Shown here one piece after another: positions 1 to 13,791 of a DNA stretch of 64,000 nucleotides. This DNA comes from Lingula anatina (lineage: Eukaryota; Animalia; Brachiopoda): assembly GCA_051362555.1 (NCBI GenBank), contig CM120643.1, forward strand, positions 3,286,001 to 3,350,000. The letters run 5' to 3'. Under the pieces are notes generated by a model. The model ran no database searches. It saw only the letters and a list, made by a program, of their open reading frames with translations, and had not been told where the DNA came from. Each line of letters starts with the position of its first letter. Position 1 is the first letter of the stretch. The position numbers and the translations under genes were made by a program.

Positions 1-123
1 TATTGTTTAGCGACTTAAGCAGATGTGTGAGATATCTAAGCCGCTTAAGCTGAAAGCAATTTAGTGAGAAACCCCTTGGAGATGGGCCGATCCTGTTAAT
101 TCAAACTAAGTATGGGAACCCAG
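1..123. mobile_element. right arm of a palindromic MITE (same family as 3919-4170)
   Basis: Its reverse complement (ctgggttcccatac..gggtttctcac.aaa.tgc..agcttaagc.gctta) matches the left arm at 3919. Confidence 0.7.
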
Positions 124-185
124 TCTATGACATTGATAATATATTGTTGGCTGAGATAACACAGTTGATTTCCCCTCATTCCCAG

Positions 186-1760
186 TCCCAGGTGAACATA
201 GACAGTGTGGAGGCACTAGATGATGTGGACCAGTGTGTAATGTACTTTAACCAGGCTATTCTCCTCTACCATCTCAAACAGTACCAGGCTGCCCTCGCCA
301 TCATGGATAAACTGTTCCAGTTCATTGAGCCTCTGGGAGAACAGGAGTCAAGACGTGAGTCACAGGCCTGATAAACGGATTAGGCATTTACTGACACTAC
401 TCGTAGGTCTTTTAGCACTAACACCAGTATTAACCACATAACCCACAAATTAACCAGCACTACCAGAGCAGATGAATGTTAGTGCTAGGTATTGCTTTGT
501 TGGTGCTAATTTTACAGTGTACTGGTTAATTTGTGGGTTTGGTGGTTAATATGGGTGTAAGTGCTAAAAGATCTGCGGGTAGTGTTAGTAAATGCCTAAT
601 CAATTTATAAGACCCCGAGTTGGATTGATCTGGTGACTGTTAGTCAAAATAAGCAATAGAAAGATAGTGAGAAGCAAGTAAAAACTCTAATAAGGTTTTG
701 GTGAATTGCATCACGGATAAATAATCTAGTTACTATGTACATTATGTATTGATTACGGAGTTACTTTGTACATGAGTTAAATATTTTCAAATTCAGACGA
801 CATCCTTGTTTTATTGTTTTGTTATTTTCTTGCTTTTGAAAGTAACTGTTTTTATATTTCTGGTCTCTGCAGAGGAAAACTTGGCCAAAAGGGTTCTCTT
901 GTTTCTGGTTGAGCTGTATTTAGTGACACATCAGGTAATCTTTATAGATAGATTGATTGTAAAAATATAACTACTGTAATAATTAAATTTAAGAATTTGC
1001 AAGAAATGACCAAATGTAGTTTTTAAAGCCTGTGATAATTATGTGTTTTATTAAGTGAGTGAAGTATACATATTTCATATTAAAATTACATATATTTTAC
1101 ACAAATATAAAGATTTTCATTACAGTAATTTGTATTGATTGCTTCAAAATTTGTAAGAAATTGTTAAATGTTTCTCTTGTTCAACAATATACAGTACACA
1201 CAGTGAATTATTAATTTAACTAACACATAGACACAAACACCCTCTACCACCTGATCTATTATATGTATTCACAGTCACATAATTACATTTAATACATAGT
1301 CTATATTTATATAACCAAGAACATTTCCTTGCAGAATATTTCTCTCCTATGGCAATAAGCGTAGCTCATAGTCATAAATACTTGGGGATATGCAGAAGTT
1401 ACTTTTATCTAATAGCAAATAATTGCAATTGTGTTGTATTGCAAGTAGTCATAAAATCTCCTGCATGTTGAGATATTTTTCTGTTCAGCCTGAGAAGGCC
1501 ATGGCCATGTTGACTTACTTTGAGAAGCACATGCTGAATGGCAAGGGAGGTCAGAGCACCCCAGAGAAACAGGGAGACAGGGGCGACGGCAGCAAGGAAG
1601 GCAGCCCAGACTCCATTGCTGAACTCTACAAACCTAAAATAAGTCAGGTGGGTGTAGTCTCCCTCGTTGATGATTGCCTCAGTTTGGCGGCATACAGAAC
1701 AGTGGACTAAATAGTCCGCGGGTCAAATATGGCCAACCCACTTCAAAGTTAGTCCCCCGT

Positions 1761-1812
<52 letters not shown>

Positions 1813-4359
1813 ACATGCTCATTCTTATGTGGGCCAATGACAAGCACAGATTTCAGAGTGATTGCTATAACTGACGTGTTTGTGGTAAAATAGAATATAT
1901 TATATTTCTATGAGTTGTTTATAATGTATTTATTGTGAAATATAGATCTCTTGTGATGAGTTGTTGTCCCTTTAACCTTGCTGGGAAATACATTGTTGTT
2001 TGTTCATCAGACTTTGTATGATCTTTTAGTACAAGGTGCGGTGCTACATGATGCTCAAGTCCATGAAGTTTTGCAAACGAGAAGTCAAGAATCTTATGAA
2101 TATGATGGGAATGGTAAGGGCTTTGATTTAATTTTGCATTGGGTGAAAACTTGAGAAAGTATGTCAACCCAGCTCAAATATGTGCAGAAGTTCATGGAGT
2201 GCTTTCTTTTTTTCGCAGTCTGAAGTATTTTTGATGATGTCTAGGCTAAGGCTGATTGGTAATTTGAATGTTTCATTGGTTATACAGTGATTAATTGGTT
2301 TATGTATTAACTGACATATCATCTCTGGGATAACGCTAGCAAATTTTTTAACTTAGCCAAATCACAACTTTTTCATAATTATAATTATAATTTTTTATTT
2401 TTGAAAAATGGTTAAAATTTGACCAAAACAAGTCAAATCAACCCTATTTTGTTTAAGCATTTGGCTAAATTGGCGAGTGTTAGCGCTACCCCAGTGTCTC
2501 ATTTTTCAACTCTGTCACTGTATTTCCACTACACGTCTAAAGACTGTTAAAGAATTCCTAAGATGGGGTATGTCGTGCTTAAATATGTGGTTTGTTCTCA
2601 AGCCAATTATACAAGTCAGTACAGCCATGCTGTCTCAGATTTTTTAAAATTTGGGCATCAAAGTGTCCATATTGAATCAATTTGTATTTCAATTTATTTT
2701 GTGATGTATGTTACTGACTCGATCTTTTTAATGGGGAAAATTTGCCAATTTTACAGATACTGTATTTTTGAAGTCACAATTTCTTAAAATAAGAGCCCTC
2801 CTATTGAGTGGTTACAACAAAATTGAAAGCAGACTACCTTATTGTTCTATTCTTTGCAGTAAAATCACCGCAAATGCTAAACAAAACTATAATTTTTATG
2901 ATTTTAGAATGATGTATCTGAAAGTTTGATAATTTTTGCCCATTGAAAAGATGGAGGCATTACTGTACTTGTTTAGCTATTCCTCAGCACCACCTCTCTG
3001 CTTTCAGACCATCCCAGTCGTCTACCTGAAGAGCAACTTTGAGTACTTAAAAGGCAACTACAAGAAGGCCAACAAAGTCATGAACAGCGCATCTCCGCAC
3101 CGCCATTTCCTGGAGACAGGCGAGTGTATCCCCGTCATGTACTATAACAACCTGGGCTGTATACATTTCCACCTGCGTCTTCACAACCTGGGCGCGTACT
3201 ACTTCAGGAAGGCCATGCAGGAAAACGAGGCCGCCGTCAAGGAGTTAAATAAAGGAGACGGAGGTGGGGGAAAGTTGATGGTGTGAGAAATAATGGCCTG
3301 CTTCACAGTCAATAAATATATAAAATTCAGATAGATTGCACAGGGATTGTTATATATATATATATATATCTTTATCTATATCTATATGTATATATAACAA
3401 TCCCTGGGAAACATGGGAAACATATTGTGTTAATTTTCTTTTTAGGAAATGCTCTCTTAGCTGAGGCACTGCACTGTCTTAGGTTAAGAAAGTACAATAA
3501 CATTATGAACTTCCCTGTGCAACTGTCAAAGTGAAGAAAAAAAAATGTTATTTATAGAAAGCAGTTTTGTGATGTATTTCAGGTTTATTTAATAGTTTAT
3601 ATGTTATTATGTAATTATTTTTTTTTTTGCAAGTTTATGCTCACTTAATTGTAATATAATTCAAGATATACTGTACTTTCAGGTAAATCTATATCAGGTA
3701 AGCCTCTGTACTGCCTGAGTGTGAGCAAGCACTATGAACTGCTGTACAACATGGGGCTCCAGCTACTGCATTGTGGGAAACCCAGTGCAGCGTTTGACTG
3801 TTTGATTGAGGTGGTGCAGGTGTACCAGACCAACCCCCGCCTCTGGTTACGGCTGGCGGAGTGCTGTGTCATGGCAAACAAGGAGGTTGGTATGAGAAGC
3901 TGGAATTGCTGTCGATAACTGGGTTCCCATACCTAGATCAATCTAACAGGATTGATCCATCTCTGAGGGGTTTCTCACCAAAGTGCATTTAGCTTAAGCT
4001 GCTTAAATGTCTAGCACGCCTACTGAAGCTGCTGAACGATAATTAATTACCCTCTAGAAGCTTCATTAGGCATGACAGACATCTAAGCCACTTAAGTTGA
4101 TTGCAATTTAGCGAGAATCCCATCACAGATAGATCAATCCACAGTTAGTACGATAGGGTCTGGGAATGCCTGTGAGAACAGTTGTGGTTACTGAGGTATG
4201 TGGCTTTCTCTGGTGAATCAGAGCATGCGACATGCTGAGGTTGTCTACTTGAAACTTGATTCCCCCCCCCCTTCTTTCTCTTCACTATGTTTCTCACTCT
4301 CTGTCTCTCTCTCTCTGTCTCTGTTTCCCTCTGTCTTTTTCTTCATTATGTTTCTCACA

Positions 4360-4397
<38 letters not shown>

Positions 4398-7300
4398 TTC
4401 TTTGAATAAATCAACATAAACATTCTTCAATATACAACTAGTATTAACAAGTTTGCATTAAAAAGTTAGAGACATTGCGACAGGATTTACCACTGATCTT
4501 TCTACCATTAAGACACGTCAAAATAATCTCTTCTTTGTATTCATTAAACTTCCAGAGCAATGACATCGACTGCTCGCTAGAAAAGAGACAACAGGTCATA
4601 CAGCATACTGTGGGGTCTGGGGTCCACAGGAAACTAATTCTTGGAATGGGAACACAGTCCAATGTAAACAGGTGAGTTATATAACATACTGTGGAGAATA
4701 CAGAAAACTAATTCTTGGAATGGGAACACAGTCCAATGTAAACAGGTGGGAGTCTTATCAAGTTTTGCAGTGTCTAGAAATAGTTTTCTTTTTCAATTAA
4801 AATTCACTTCCACTGGGTGATTTATTCAACATAACAGATCGATAAAAAAAGATTTCAGACCTGTACACACTGTACACACTAGGTCATCCATACGATACCT
4901 GTTCAGGTGCACCTTTCTGGCTGTAAACTTGACCTAATGGCCTATAGTGTAAGGTGACATATGAAGTATTGTATGGTGTATTACTGCACGCTCAGAAGCA
5001 CATTAAATATTCAGATAGGTTTCGGCAAAAGCAATCAAGGTTTGTATTTTTCACGAGTTATAAAATGAAACTCTATGGTATATCTTAAATTTTAGTATTT
5101 TACACTGTATGATTGTGTTTGTTGAGATGAGTTGCAATTATTTGACATGCCTCTTGCTTTGTATGCATCTTTAACATTCTGTTCTAATCCCAGAATTTGC
5201 TGTCATTGTTTTCCCTTTGTCTCTTCTAGTTCTGATGCTGCAGCAATACCGATGGTTTCTCTGGAGTTTGCGTCACTGTGTCTACGGAATGCTCTCCATC
5301 TCCTGCCTGAAGGACGTGTCAGCAGTAGCGCCCTCTCTCCCACCGAGGAGCAGGCAGAAGGAAGGTGAGAACAGAGCTCAGAGCTTTCTCTTTCAAATAC
5401 ACTCACTAGTGTTTCTGTTGGGGAGTAATTTAATGCTTAAAAAAGAGAGGAAACAAGGTGTAAGTGCAATTGTCAGTACTCATTCACAAACAGATATGCA
5501 CAGAAAGTCGGTTCATTGGTGCTCTTCTGATATTTACCTTTTCTATTGAGCTGTGTTGTCTTCTAAAAATCCAAGGAAGTGCAGCAACATTAAATGGCAA
5601 CTGCATCAGCAGATAAAGGAAGTATGTGAAATACATTGTGTTTATCAATTACAAAAAATTAACAAAATGGATAGAAATGCCCATGTGAGGTTTTGACTGG
5701 AATACAACCTTTCAATATATCGAAGAAAAAAAAATTAAAAAGGAAATTATTACAAGTAAAATGTCACAGTTAAAAGTATTGTTTTATTTGTATCTTTCCA
5801 TACCAGTAAACTCCAAGACAGTCTTTTGGTGCCAGCGCCACCTGGGAACCCGATGAAAGGAGCAGAAGTGGCCAGTCTCAGGTAGGGTTCACTGCTAGCT
5901 TAACACCTAGGAAATGGGTTAAACTTTCCAAGGATAAAAATGGTCACAGAATTTTTTGTTTTAAAGTTATAATTGTCGTTTAAGTGGCACAAATACTGCA
6001 TTATGGAAGATATTAATTTTTTTCAACTTTCCTTTTACATTTTCCCTAATTCCTTTGTAATGGAGAAACATTACTTTATCATATGGGCGGCGGTTTATAC
6101 AAAAATGCAAAACACGATTAGTCGTCATCGTTATCAGATCAGAAGGCAAAATACGACTAGTAGTCGTCAAAACGCAACTAGTCATCAAAACGCAACTAGT
6201 CATCATCAAAACGCAACTTGTCATCATCAAAACGCAACTAGTCATCATCAAAACGCAACTTGTCATCAAAACGCGATTTGACGCCAGATGGCGCCCATTG
6301 TACGAAAATCTAGGCCAAGTCACATGATCCACAGTGATCAAAATGGCGGACGTTATTGAAGCAGCATTATCATATTCCTCGCTCGAACTCGAGAATTATC
6401 TCTACGCGTACAATCTAATAATGATATTATATATATAATAATATCTGGAACTTGTGAAATGAGTACAACAATAAAGCAGTGCTTCACAAGTGTGTGTTTT
6501 TGTTTTTTTTTTAATTTATAACATGTCCAAATTATTTAATAAATTATTTAATTATTTATTATTTCGAGAATTATCTCTACGCGTACAATCTAATAATGAT
6601 ATTATATATATAATAATATCTCGAACTCGAGATAATTCAACTAGACATCCTAGTTGCGTTTTGACGACTACTAGTCGTATTTTGCCTTCTGATCTGATAA
6701 CGACGACGACAAATCGTGTTTTCATTTCGACTGATCTGATAACGATGACGACTAATCGTGTTTTGCATTTTTGTATAAACCGCCGCCCATATTATCAGCA
6801 TAGTTTGATGTTGAATTGAATGACATTTTTTCTTTTGATGTAACTTATTCAGTGTACGTATTTCAAAATATGGTTTTATGATAATCAGTCACAAATTTGG
6901 GCACAAATAAATGACCTGTATTCACTTTTTATATAAAAAACAGTTTTAAAGGATTTTAGACATCCTAGTTATCAAGGTTATTACAATGGCCTCATTCAGA
7001 ATAGGGGATTAACTAGTCTTGAGGGTCAAATATGACCCACCGACTTGAATACTTCCCTACTATTCCCTATTCAGTGTCTTTTAGCAAATTATATGGCAAG
7101 CTTTGTAGTGCCATATTTGACCCACGGACTAGTTAGTCCCCTGTTCTGAATGGGGTCAAAACGTGTATGTATTCTGAATGTTCCAGGTGCTCCATTCTGG
7201 CCAATACGGCCTATGTAGCGTTATGTTTATCTGACCACTTGGTGGCGCTCCATGCAGCAGAAAAGTTACTCAAGCAGCCACGCCTTTCAGGAGCTCACAG

Positions 7301-10300
7301 GTAAGAGGAAATGACCCTCTTTTGGCTGGAAGCAGAATGTTGACGGTAGCAGTCAGTGTAATGTATCCTCACTTGTATAACATTGTTGTACCAGGGCTGT
7401 ATATTATATTATGTGGATTTTCTTCTCTTTTCTTTGCGACCCTGTGACTTTTGGCCAGTAATTAGTTTACTCTGTTTGCACTTAGTCTGTGACTGTTTAA
7501 AATAATGTTATATTTTCCAGATATCTGGGCCACATGTACATGGCGGAGGCGCAAGTGGCACTGGATAAAATCGCAGACGCTGTTCAACATTTGGACATGG
7601 AGAGTGTTACAGACGTGTCCTTGGTGTCCCAAGAATCAAAGCTGGAATTGGCAGGTGGGCTTGTCTTGATAGAGGTTTGCTTAGGAATTAAAGGCCCATT
7701 TCAGAAATTACTTTAGCCTGTTGTTTTTTATGAAACCTGTGCAAGATCAGTGAATGATGTATTATTTTGATTTCAAAATTCTCATTGAATTGTATTTCAG
7801 TCTTACTTTGATTTTAAACTGCTTATCAAAATTAATTGTAATTTTCCAGATAAAAGTGAGAAGGAGGCAGGGGAGGGAACAGATGTCAAAGGTAACAAAC
7901 CACTTGAAATGTAGTTTAAAACTGGGAAATACAGATATCTTTACAGTATACATTTACATTTGACTACCTGGTTTTTCTTATTTGGTTGTCAAACTGGACA
8001 TCTTGCAAACTGTTTCTTTCATATTGCTTTTTTTTTTTTTTTTTTTTTTTTTGGAGTATTGTGTGGACTGGCAAAACAATTTATGTAGACATAATCAGAC
8101 ATTGAAAATGACTAGTTATCTGGGTGAAATCATAATTGTAAAATTTACAGCGGAGAAGGTGGATAAGAAAATCCTCACTTGTACTGTTTACACCATATGT
8201 TTATCTATACAGGGAATTATATCGGATATAATTCCGATATAATTCCCTGATCTATACAAGAGATGAAATAAGAGAGACCTTTCCACTGCTCAGTGTACTC
8301 TCTGCTATGGTGGAGCACTATTGTATAACTTTCTATGTTAATGTTATCAGATGATGAAAGCTTGTTACATTGAGTATCCAAAACTTACATTTTTGGGTGG
8401 AATATAAATATCAAGACTCCACTATTGTCTACATTTGCTATTACATTTATGGGTGGAATATAAATTTCAAGACTCTACTATTGTTTTCATTTGCTGTTTT
8501 ATTTATCTTTTTTAAGCCATGTAGTTCTAAAATTGCAGTTGATTTCTTTGCTGTTGGCTGTTCCTAGGTTCACTGTACCTGTGGTCCCCCAAAGATGTGC
8601 CCAGAGCGCGAGGAATCATGCAGTATAACGTGGCCGTAGCTCATGCTGTCCGAGGAGAGTTTGATAAAGCCATGCTTAACCTTATGCAGGTGTGTATATA
8701 GTCAGTACAACTGTCTTCAGCTCTGCCTTACAATACTGGGAACTTTCATGGCTCTGCACAGTGTCACAAATATGTAGTTAATAGTTATCTTGAAAATAAG
8801 GTATATTAAGCAATGTTTTAAGCACAATATAATATTACAAACTATCATTCATAAGGCCTTATTCCTACAAAACCTTAGCATTCAAGCACTTCTTGCTGAT
8901 TCAGATGATTATATAGCAAAAATGATGATGATTATGTAGCTAAATTTTTTCCCTTTAACTCCATCTATTTTCTCTCAAAAACCAAGGCATAACTAGTTAC
9001 ACAGTCAGTCGAAAAAAGAGATTAACTTTGTAAAAAAAACAGGGCATTTTTTATTTTCATTACTTGTCATTCTTGTCATTTTTGTGCACACTATTCATTC
9101 TGAAAACCCTAGGGACTACTGCTGTTGATTTTTTATTTCAGCTAAGAGAGTTTTGTAATTAGGTCTCCTTTTTATGTACAGACACAGATGTGTCTGTACA
9201 TATAGCCATCATCTGCGTCTGTCGTCGCCGTTGGCGTGCACTTTAACCGTAAACACGATAAGTGAAAAGCCATTTTACCTTTTGGCTTGAAACTTACAGA
9301 ACTGATGAATATTTATAATACGCAGGTCAAGTTCGAAAATCAGCATGATCGGGCCATTTATATGGAAGTTATGCTGTTTTTTCACTTTTTTCAGCATTTA
9401 TGTGGCACCGATAACATGATAAGTGGAAAACCATTTTACCTTTTGACTTGAAACTTACAGAACTGATAAATATTCATAATACGCAGGTCTAGTTCGAAAA
9501 TCAGCATGATAGGAACATTTTTATGGAAGTTATGCTGTTTTTTCACTTTTTTCAGCATATATGCAACCCTGATAACACAATAAGTGAAAAACCACTTTAC
9601 TTTTTGGCTTGAAACTTATAGAACTGATGAATATCTATAATATGCAAGTCAAGTTCGAAAATTGCAATATCTATAATATGCAAGTCAATTTCGAAAATTC
9701 GAAAATTGGCATGATCAGGGCATTTTTATAAAAGTTTTGCTGTTTTTTCACTTTTTTTCAGCATATATGCAACACCTATAACACATTTTAAAGAAAATCG
9801 ATTGGCATATTGTCTTAAAATTCAGGGTAGTGATCATTGTTACTGAAATACAGATTAAGTTTTGAAAATAAGCTTGATCAGTTAAAGTTTGGTGAAGTTA
9901 TGCCTTTTTATTTGTATATAAGTGTTTTTTCCTCAAATTTAATTCTCAGGCATGTTAACAGTCTCATTTTTGAACTAATTAGATATGTTAAGTTGTTCTT
10001 TTGACATTTTCTGCATGTTAACAACGTTGTTAGTTGATTATATAAAAATGATGGTAAACCTGATATTGTGTATTGTGTAATAAGTGTCAAAAATGAAAAA
10101 AAACTCATATCTTTACAGTTTGTCAGATTCAACCATTCACTATGTTCAGAATCTCAGAATGGAGCAAGTTGGACATTTATAATTGTTCTGTTGATATTTT
10201 TGCTTTGACAACATATTTTTTGATTGATCATATAAAAATGACAGTAAATTGATTATTTTGTTTTATGTAAAAAAGGTGTTGAAAATGGAAATAAACTCTT

Positions 10301-12187
10301 TCAATACAGTTTTCTCTTGTTTACATTTTGGGATTTTCAAAGTATGACTATGAACTCTATGGGCTAGTCACATTTTCTGAATATCCATGATACTTTTATT
10401 TTATTATTAAAAAAATTATGGTTATTATGCTGTTAAGCATTGTGTAATATTGCATCAAAATTGAACAAAACCCTATTCTGAGCACTGCCTCTGTAGTGAC
10501 GGTGAAAGGAAAACCATGTCACTTGCTCTTCTCACACTTACAGGAAAGAAACATAGGACTGAAATACAGCTTTAGTTGAAAATTGTCTCATTAGTTAATT
10601 GTTTGGAAATAATACAGGTTTTTTGTGAAAATTTTTATCTTTCACATGTTGCAATTTTCAATGTGGAACTTATAGCTCCCTTGGGCTTGAAGCCCAGTGG
10701 TAATCAAATTTTCTTAATGTCCATGTTTTTAATAGTAGATATTTTAAAATTGGTGGTATTTATACAGTTAAGCATTATGTAATATTGCATCAAAATTGAC
10801 AAAAAACCTACTTTGTGCTCTGCCACCATTAATATTATGTAAAGTGTTACTTTCTATTTTTTTAACTAGTCTTACAAGAATGATTCTTAGGATTGACATA
10901 CAGCTCATATTAGAAAACCAGCTCTATTGGATTATCATTTTTATTAAATTTACGCATTTTTTGTGAAATTTTCATTTTTCTCATTCTGGCACTTTCTAAC
11001 TGTAAACTTGAACTCTGATGGGCCTGAAGCCTTATGCTTTTACTTTCATCAGTGTTACCTGTTGTGCATAATTAAAATTTGATGTTGACTGTGCAGTTAA
11101 ACATAATGTATTATTGCATCAGAATTGGCAGTCTCCTGTTTTTGTGCATAATTGTTTTCTGCTTTTCTTAAGGTGTGACTTATGGGCCTGAAGACCTTTG
11201 ATAGACAAATTTGTGTGGTCAGTCTGTAAATTCCCCTTGGGTATTCACTGGGCTAAGTTCAGTGCTATAAACTCATTTGCCTAATTTATTGACCATTAAA
11301 TGAGATTTAATAAAGCTCACTTGTTGATATTTCCCTGTAAACTCCCAAAGGTTAAGCTCTCTGCTAGATGACATAATGTCCATAATGAGGAGGCAGTGAA
11401 TAGCAGCTTCATTAGAATTATATTTTTGTTGTTTTCTTTTTAATTTTTTCTCCAACACTGGCATTTTTAAGATGTGACTTTTAACTCCTATCCACCTGAG
11501 GCTCTGCACATTTTCTGTATTTCCACATAAGCAGTTGTATTGGTATTTATGTCTTTAAACACTATGTAATATTATTTTATGCACTGTCATCATTTTTCAT
11601 TTATTGGGACTTTCATCATGTGAATTTTAACTCTCATGGTCATGAAACTGTAATCTTATTGAAGGGGTGGATTGAGACCATCTTCTGGGTCTCCTGGAAG
11701 ACAGTCAGATTTTAAAGTTTGTATTGATAGGTATCTATTTTTTCTGTTGAAAGACCATCAAAATGGAGGATAGATCAACAAAGATACTTTGGAATACTGT
11801 CAGAAAATATCTCTGGATCTGCTCCTGTTATTGACCATGTTACCTATTGTGCACGATTAAAAGTCAGTGTTGACTGACTGTGCTATAATTGCATCAAATA
11901 ACAAAATGACCTATTTTGCATCTTTTTTTTTTTTTTTTTTGTCTGTACATTTGACAGCTTTGCTGCCTTGTTTATTTATCATTTCCCCAAGACCAATCTT
12001 GTAATAGGTCATGCCCTCCATACATAGCAACATGTTTTAATATTTTTCTATCTCCACATTTCAGTAATACCTGCTTTTAAACTGGGTCTCTGCTTAATAA
12101 ATTTAGTTGTAAGAAAGTAATATTATGTTCCTACAATCACCTTTTAACTCAAAGGTTACGCATAATTTTTCCCCTCAGCTCAACCAC

Positions 12188-12229
<42 letters not shown>

Positions 12230-12239
12230 CACACACACG

Positions 12240-12286
<47 letters not shown>

Positions 12287-12978
12287 CAGTCCAACAGTAG
12301 TTCAATCACACTTTGCAGTATGATATTTCCTTCAAGGATATCAAAAAAAAAGTTTAACCCAAATTGTTATCAACCTTTTAATTTGAGAATGGCATTTCTG
12401 ATGCTGGGTTTCTCTATTTCAGAGCACACAAGTAATGGGCATGCCCCTGCCGGCTCAGGTCTTTTATCTGCGACTATATCTAGACCTGCTAGAGGGTGAG
12501 TTGAATGAAAAGTTGATTATCAGGGGCTTTTTCTTGTCTTGAAAAGGATATTTAAGAAATAACCTGGCTAGATTTTCAAATATTTCTTATTTTAGCTGTC
12601 AGTCCTATTTCCTGCTCTAGGAATATGTTGAGTCATAGTGTTCCAGTATGCTTGTTATGTAACCTGGCAGCATTTGGCTACAGTCATTGCTTTAGTGGCA
12701 ACTTCATCAGTTGCTTACTTAAGAATTGAGCAATTAAGCAAAGGATTTTTACTTCATTCATGCAGCCTTCAATACTGCTGTGGACAAAATAGGTTTTTTT
12801 TTTTTTTTATTTTATTTTTTTTTAGATAGCCTAGTTAAAGTGATGTGTTTGTCAGATAAATTCTTGTTGCTTGGATTTTGCAGAATTTATTATTGTTTTG
12901 TTTTTTTTAGGTCGACGGAAAATGGCACAAGGCATTATCAAGGAAAACTTTGGAAACATGACCCCAAATAGACTTTGA
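186..12978 (+). CDS. CNOT10: CCR4-NOT complex subunit 10, 5'-partial; 15 coding exons: 186-354, 873-934, 1489-1647, 2030-2113, 3008-3263, 3683-3885, 4556-4671, 5230-5364, 5807-5881, 7187-7300, 7521-7654, 7850-7891, 8568-8689, 12423-12495, 12911-12978 (TGA)
   Basis: Exons join with GT..AG and consistent phases into 603 codons plus stop. Peptides match remembered CNOT10 motifs in order: [140 protein letters not shown]. The N-terminal exons lie upstream of the window. Confidence 0.95.
363..616. mobile_element. MITE with ~95 bp terminal inverted repeats in a CNOT10 intron
   Basis: ataaacggattaggcatttactgacactac..taaccagcac pairs with gtactggtta..gtagtgttagtaaatgcctaatcaatttat. Confidence 0.8.
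2323..2496. mobile_element. degenerate MITE
   Basis: ctgggataacgctagca..ttagccaaat pairs with atttggctaa..tgttagcgctaccccagtg. No clean TSD. Confidence 0.5.
3919..4170. mobile_element. palindromic MITE; diverged relatives at 1-123, ~34660-34865 and ~39265-39371
   Basis: Near whole-length imperfect inverted repeat. The core aattaccctctagaagctt..aggc..gacat.taag recurs in the other copies. Confidence 0.7.
6082..6791. mobile_element. non-autonomous DNA transposon, IS3EU-like
   Basis: Perfect ~60 bp terminal inverted repeats TATGGGCGGCGG..CCGCCGCCCATA, 6-bp TSD TTATCA (6076-6081 and 6792-6797), internal 18-21 bp tandem repeats and a ~58 bp internal duplication. Confidence 0.85.
6987..7158. mobile_element. 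MITE (fragment of the same family at ~1690-1760)
   Basis: ~48 bp inverted repeats ggcctcattcagaataggggattaactagtc..ggtcaaatatg / catatttgacc..gactagttagtcccctgttctgaatggggtc. Confidence 0.75.
9169..11972 (+). mobile_element. non-autonomous Helentron-associated element (HINE/DINE-1-like), family A, in a CNOT10 intron
   Basis: 5' hairpin atgtacagacaca-ga-tgtgtctgtacat after a T run, short GTC/GCC microsatellite, ~161 bp tandem repeats (9320, 9481, 9642), 3' subterminal repeat tgtctgtacat, small stem-loop cagc-ttt-gctg, ending CTTGTT. Confidence 0.8.
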
Positions 12979-13285
12979 ACATTGAGTGGGTTTTTTTTAT
13001 CAAAAATGAATTGCAGAAAAGTGAATAGAGAACATGAATCGAGAGCAGTGCCCAACAGACTGAGAGTTCACTAATGTGTTAGATATCCTCACTCCACAGT
13101 AGAGGCAGAAGATACATCAGGCCCCCGTGACCAGAATAGGAGTCTACTTTTATTACTGATTGTCAGTCAAAGAAATGAACATGATATTCAAAAGATTAAC
13201 AATGAATAAGTCATTTAAGATTTAACATAATGGAAGACAGAAATCTGTCGCTGGGGCAGTATCATTAAAATCCAATATTACCTGC

Positions 13286-13291
13286 AATAAA
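13286..13291 (+). promoter_or_regulatory. candidate polyadenylation signal of CNOT10
   Basis: AATAAA about 310 nt after the stop codon, followed by a GT/T-rich tract (gttttgtatgtttgtttg, ~13321). Confidence 0.45.
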
Positions 13292-13791
13292 CAGGGAGTT
13301 ATAAATCCTAAGATGCTCATGTTTTGTATGTTTGTTTGTTCCTGTTTATTTGAAATATAAAACCTGTGTTTTTTCCATTATTTAAAAACAGGCGAGATGC
13401 CTTGTCCTTGAATCATCATTCCAGATTCTTGGTTATAATATTATAATTAAGTTATGTAAATTTGAAGACGGGAAAATGAGTTCGCTTAGAGTTGAAAAAC
13501 CAAACTGACCAACAAACCAAAAAAAAAAGCAAACTGAATTTGACTTTTTTGGTAATTTTTTTACAATTTCTTTATTATTTGCATAATTTTGTTACCTAAA
13601 ACATATTTTTCAACTGGTCATTCAATAAGGACATAATTAATGCAAATTTCATAGCAGTTAAAAAACCATATCTTCACCACGATCTAACGTTAGACATATT
13701 TTATCTCTCTCTCTCTCTCAAAATCAACAGAGTCACAGACAAAAAGCACGTTTCCTCCATTTATCAAAAAAGCGCCAACAATTGCCTTTCC

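Noticed and set aside
5967-6819. Repetitive ORFs (MMTSCVL / HHQNATS)
   Set aside because: Translations of 18-21 bp repeats within the IS3EU-like element.
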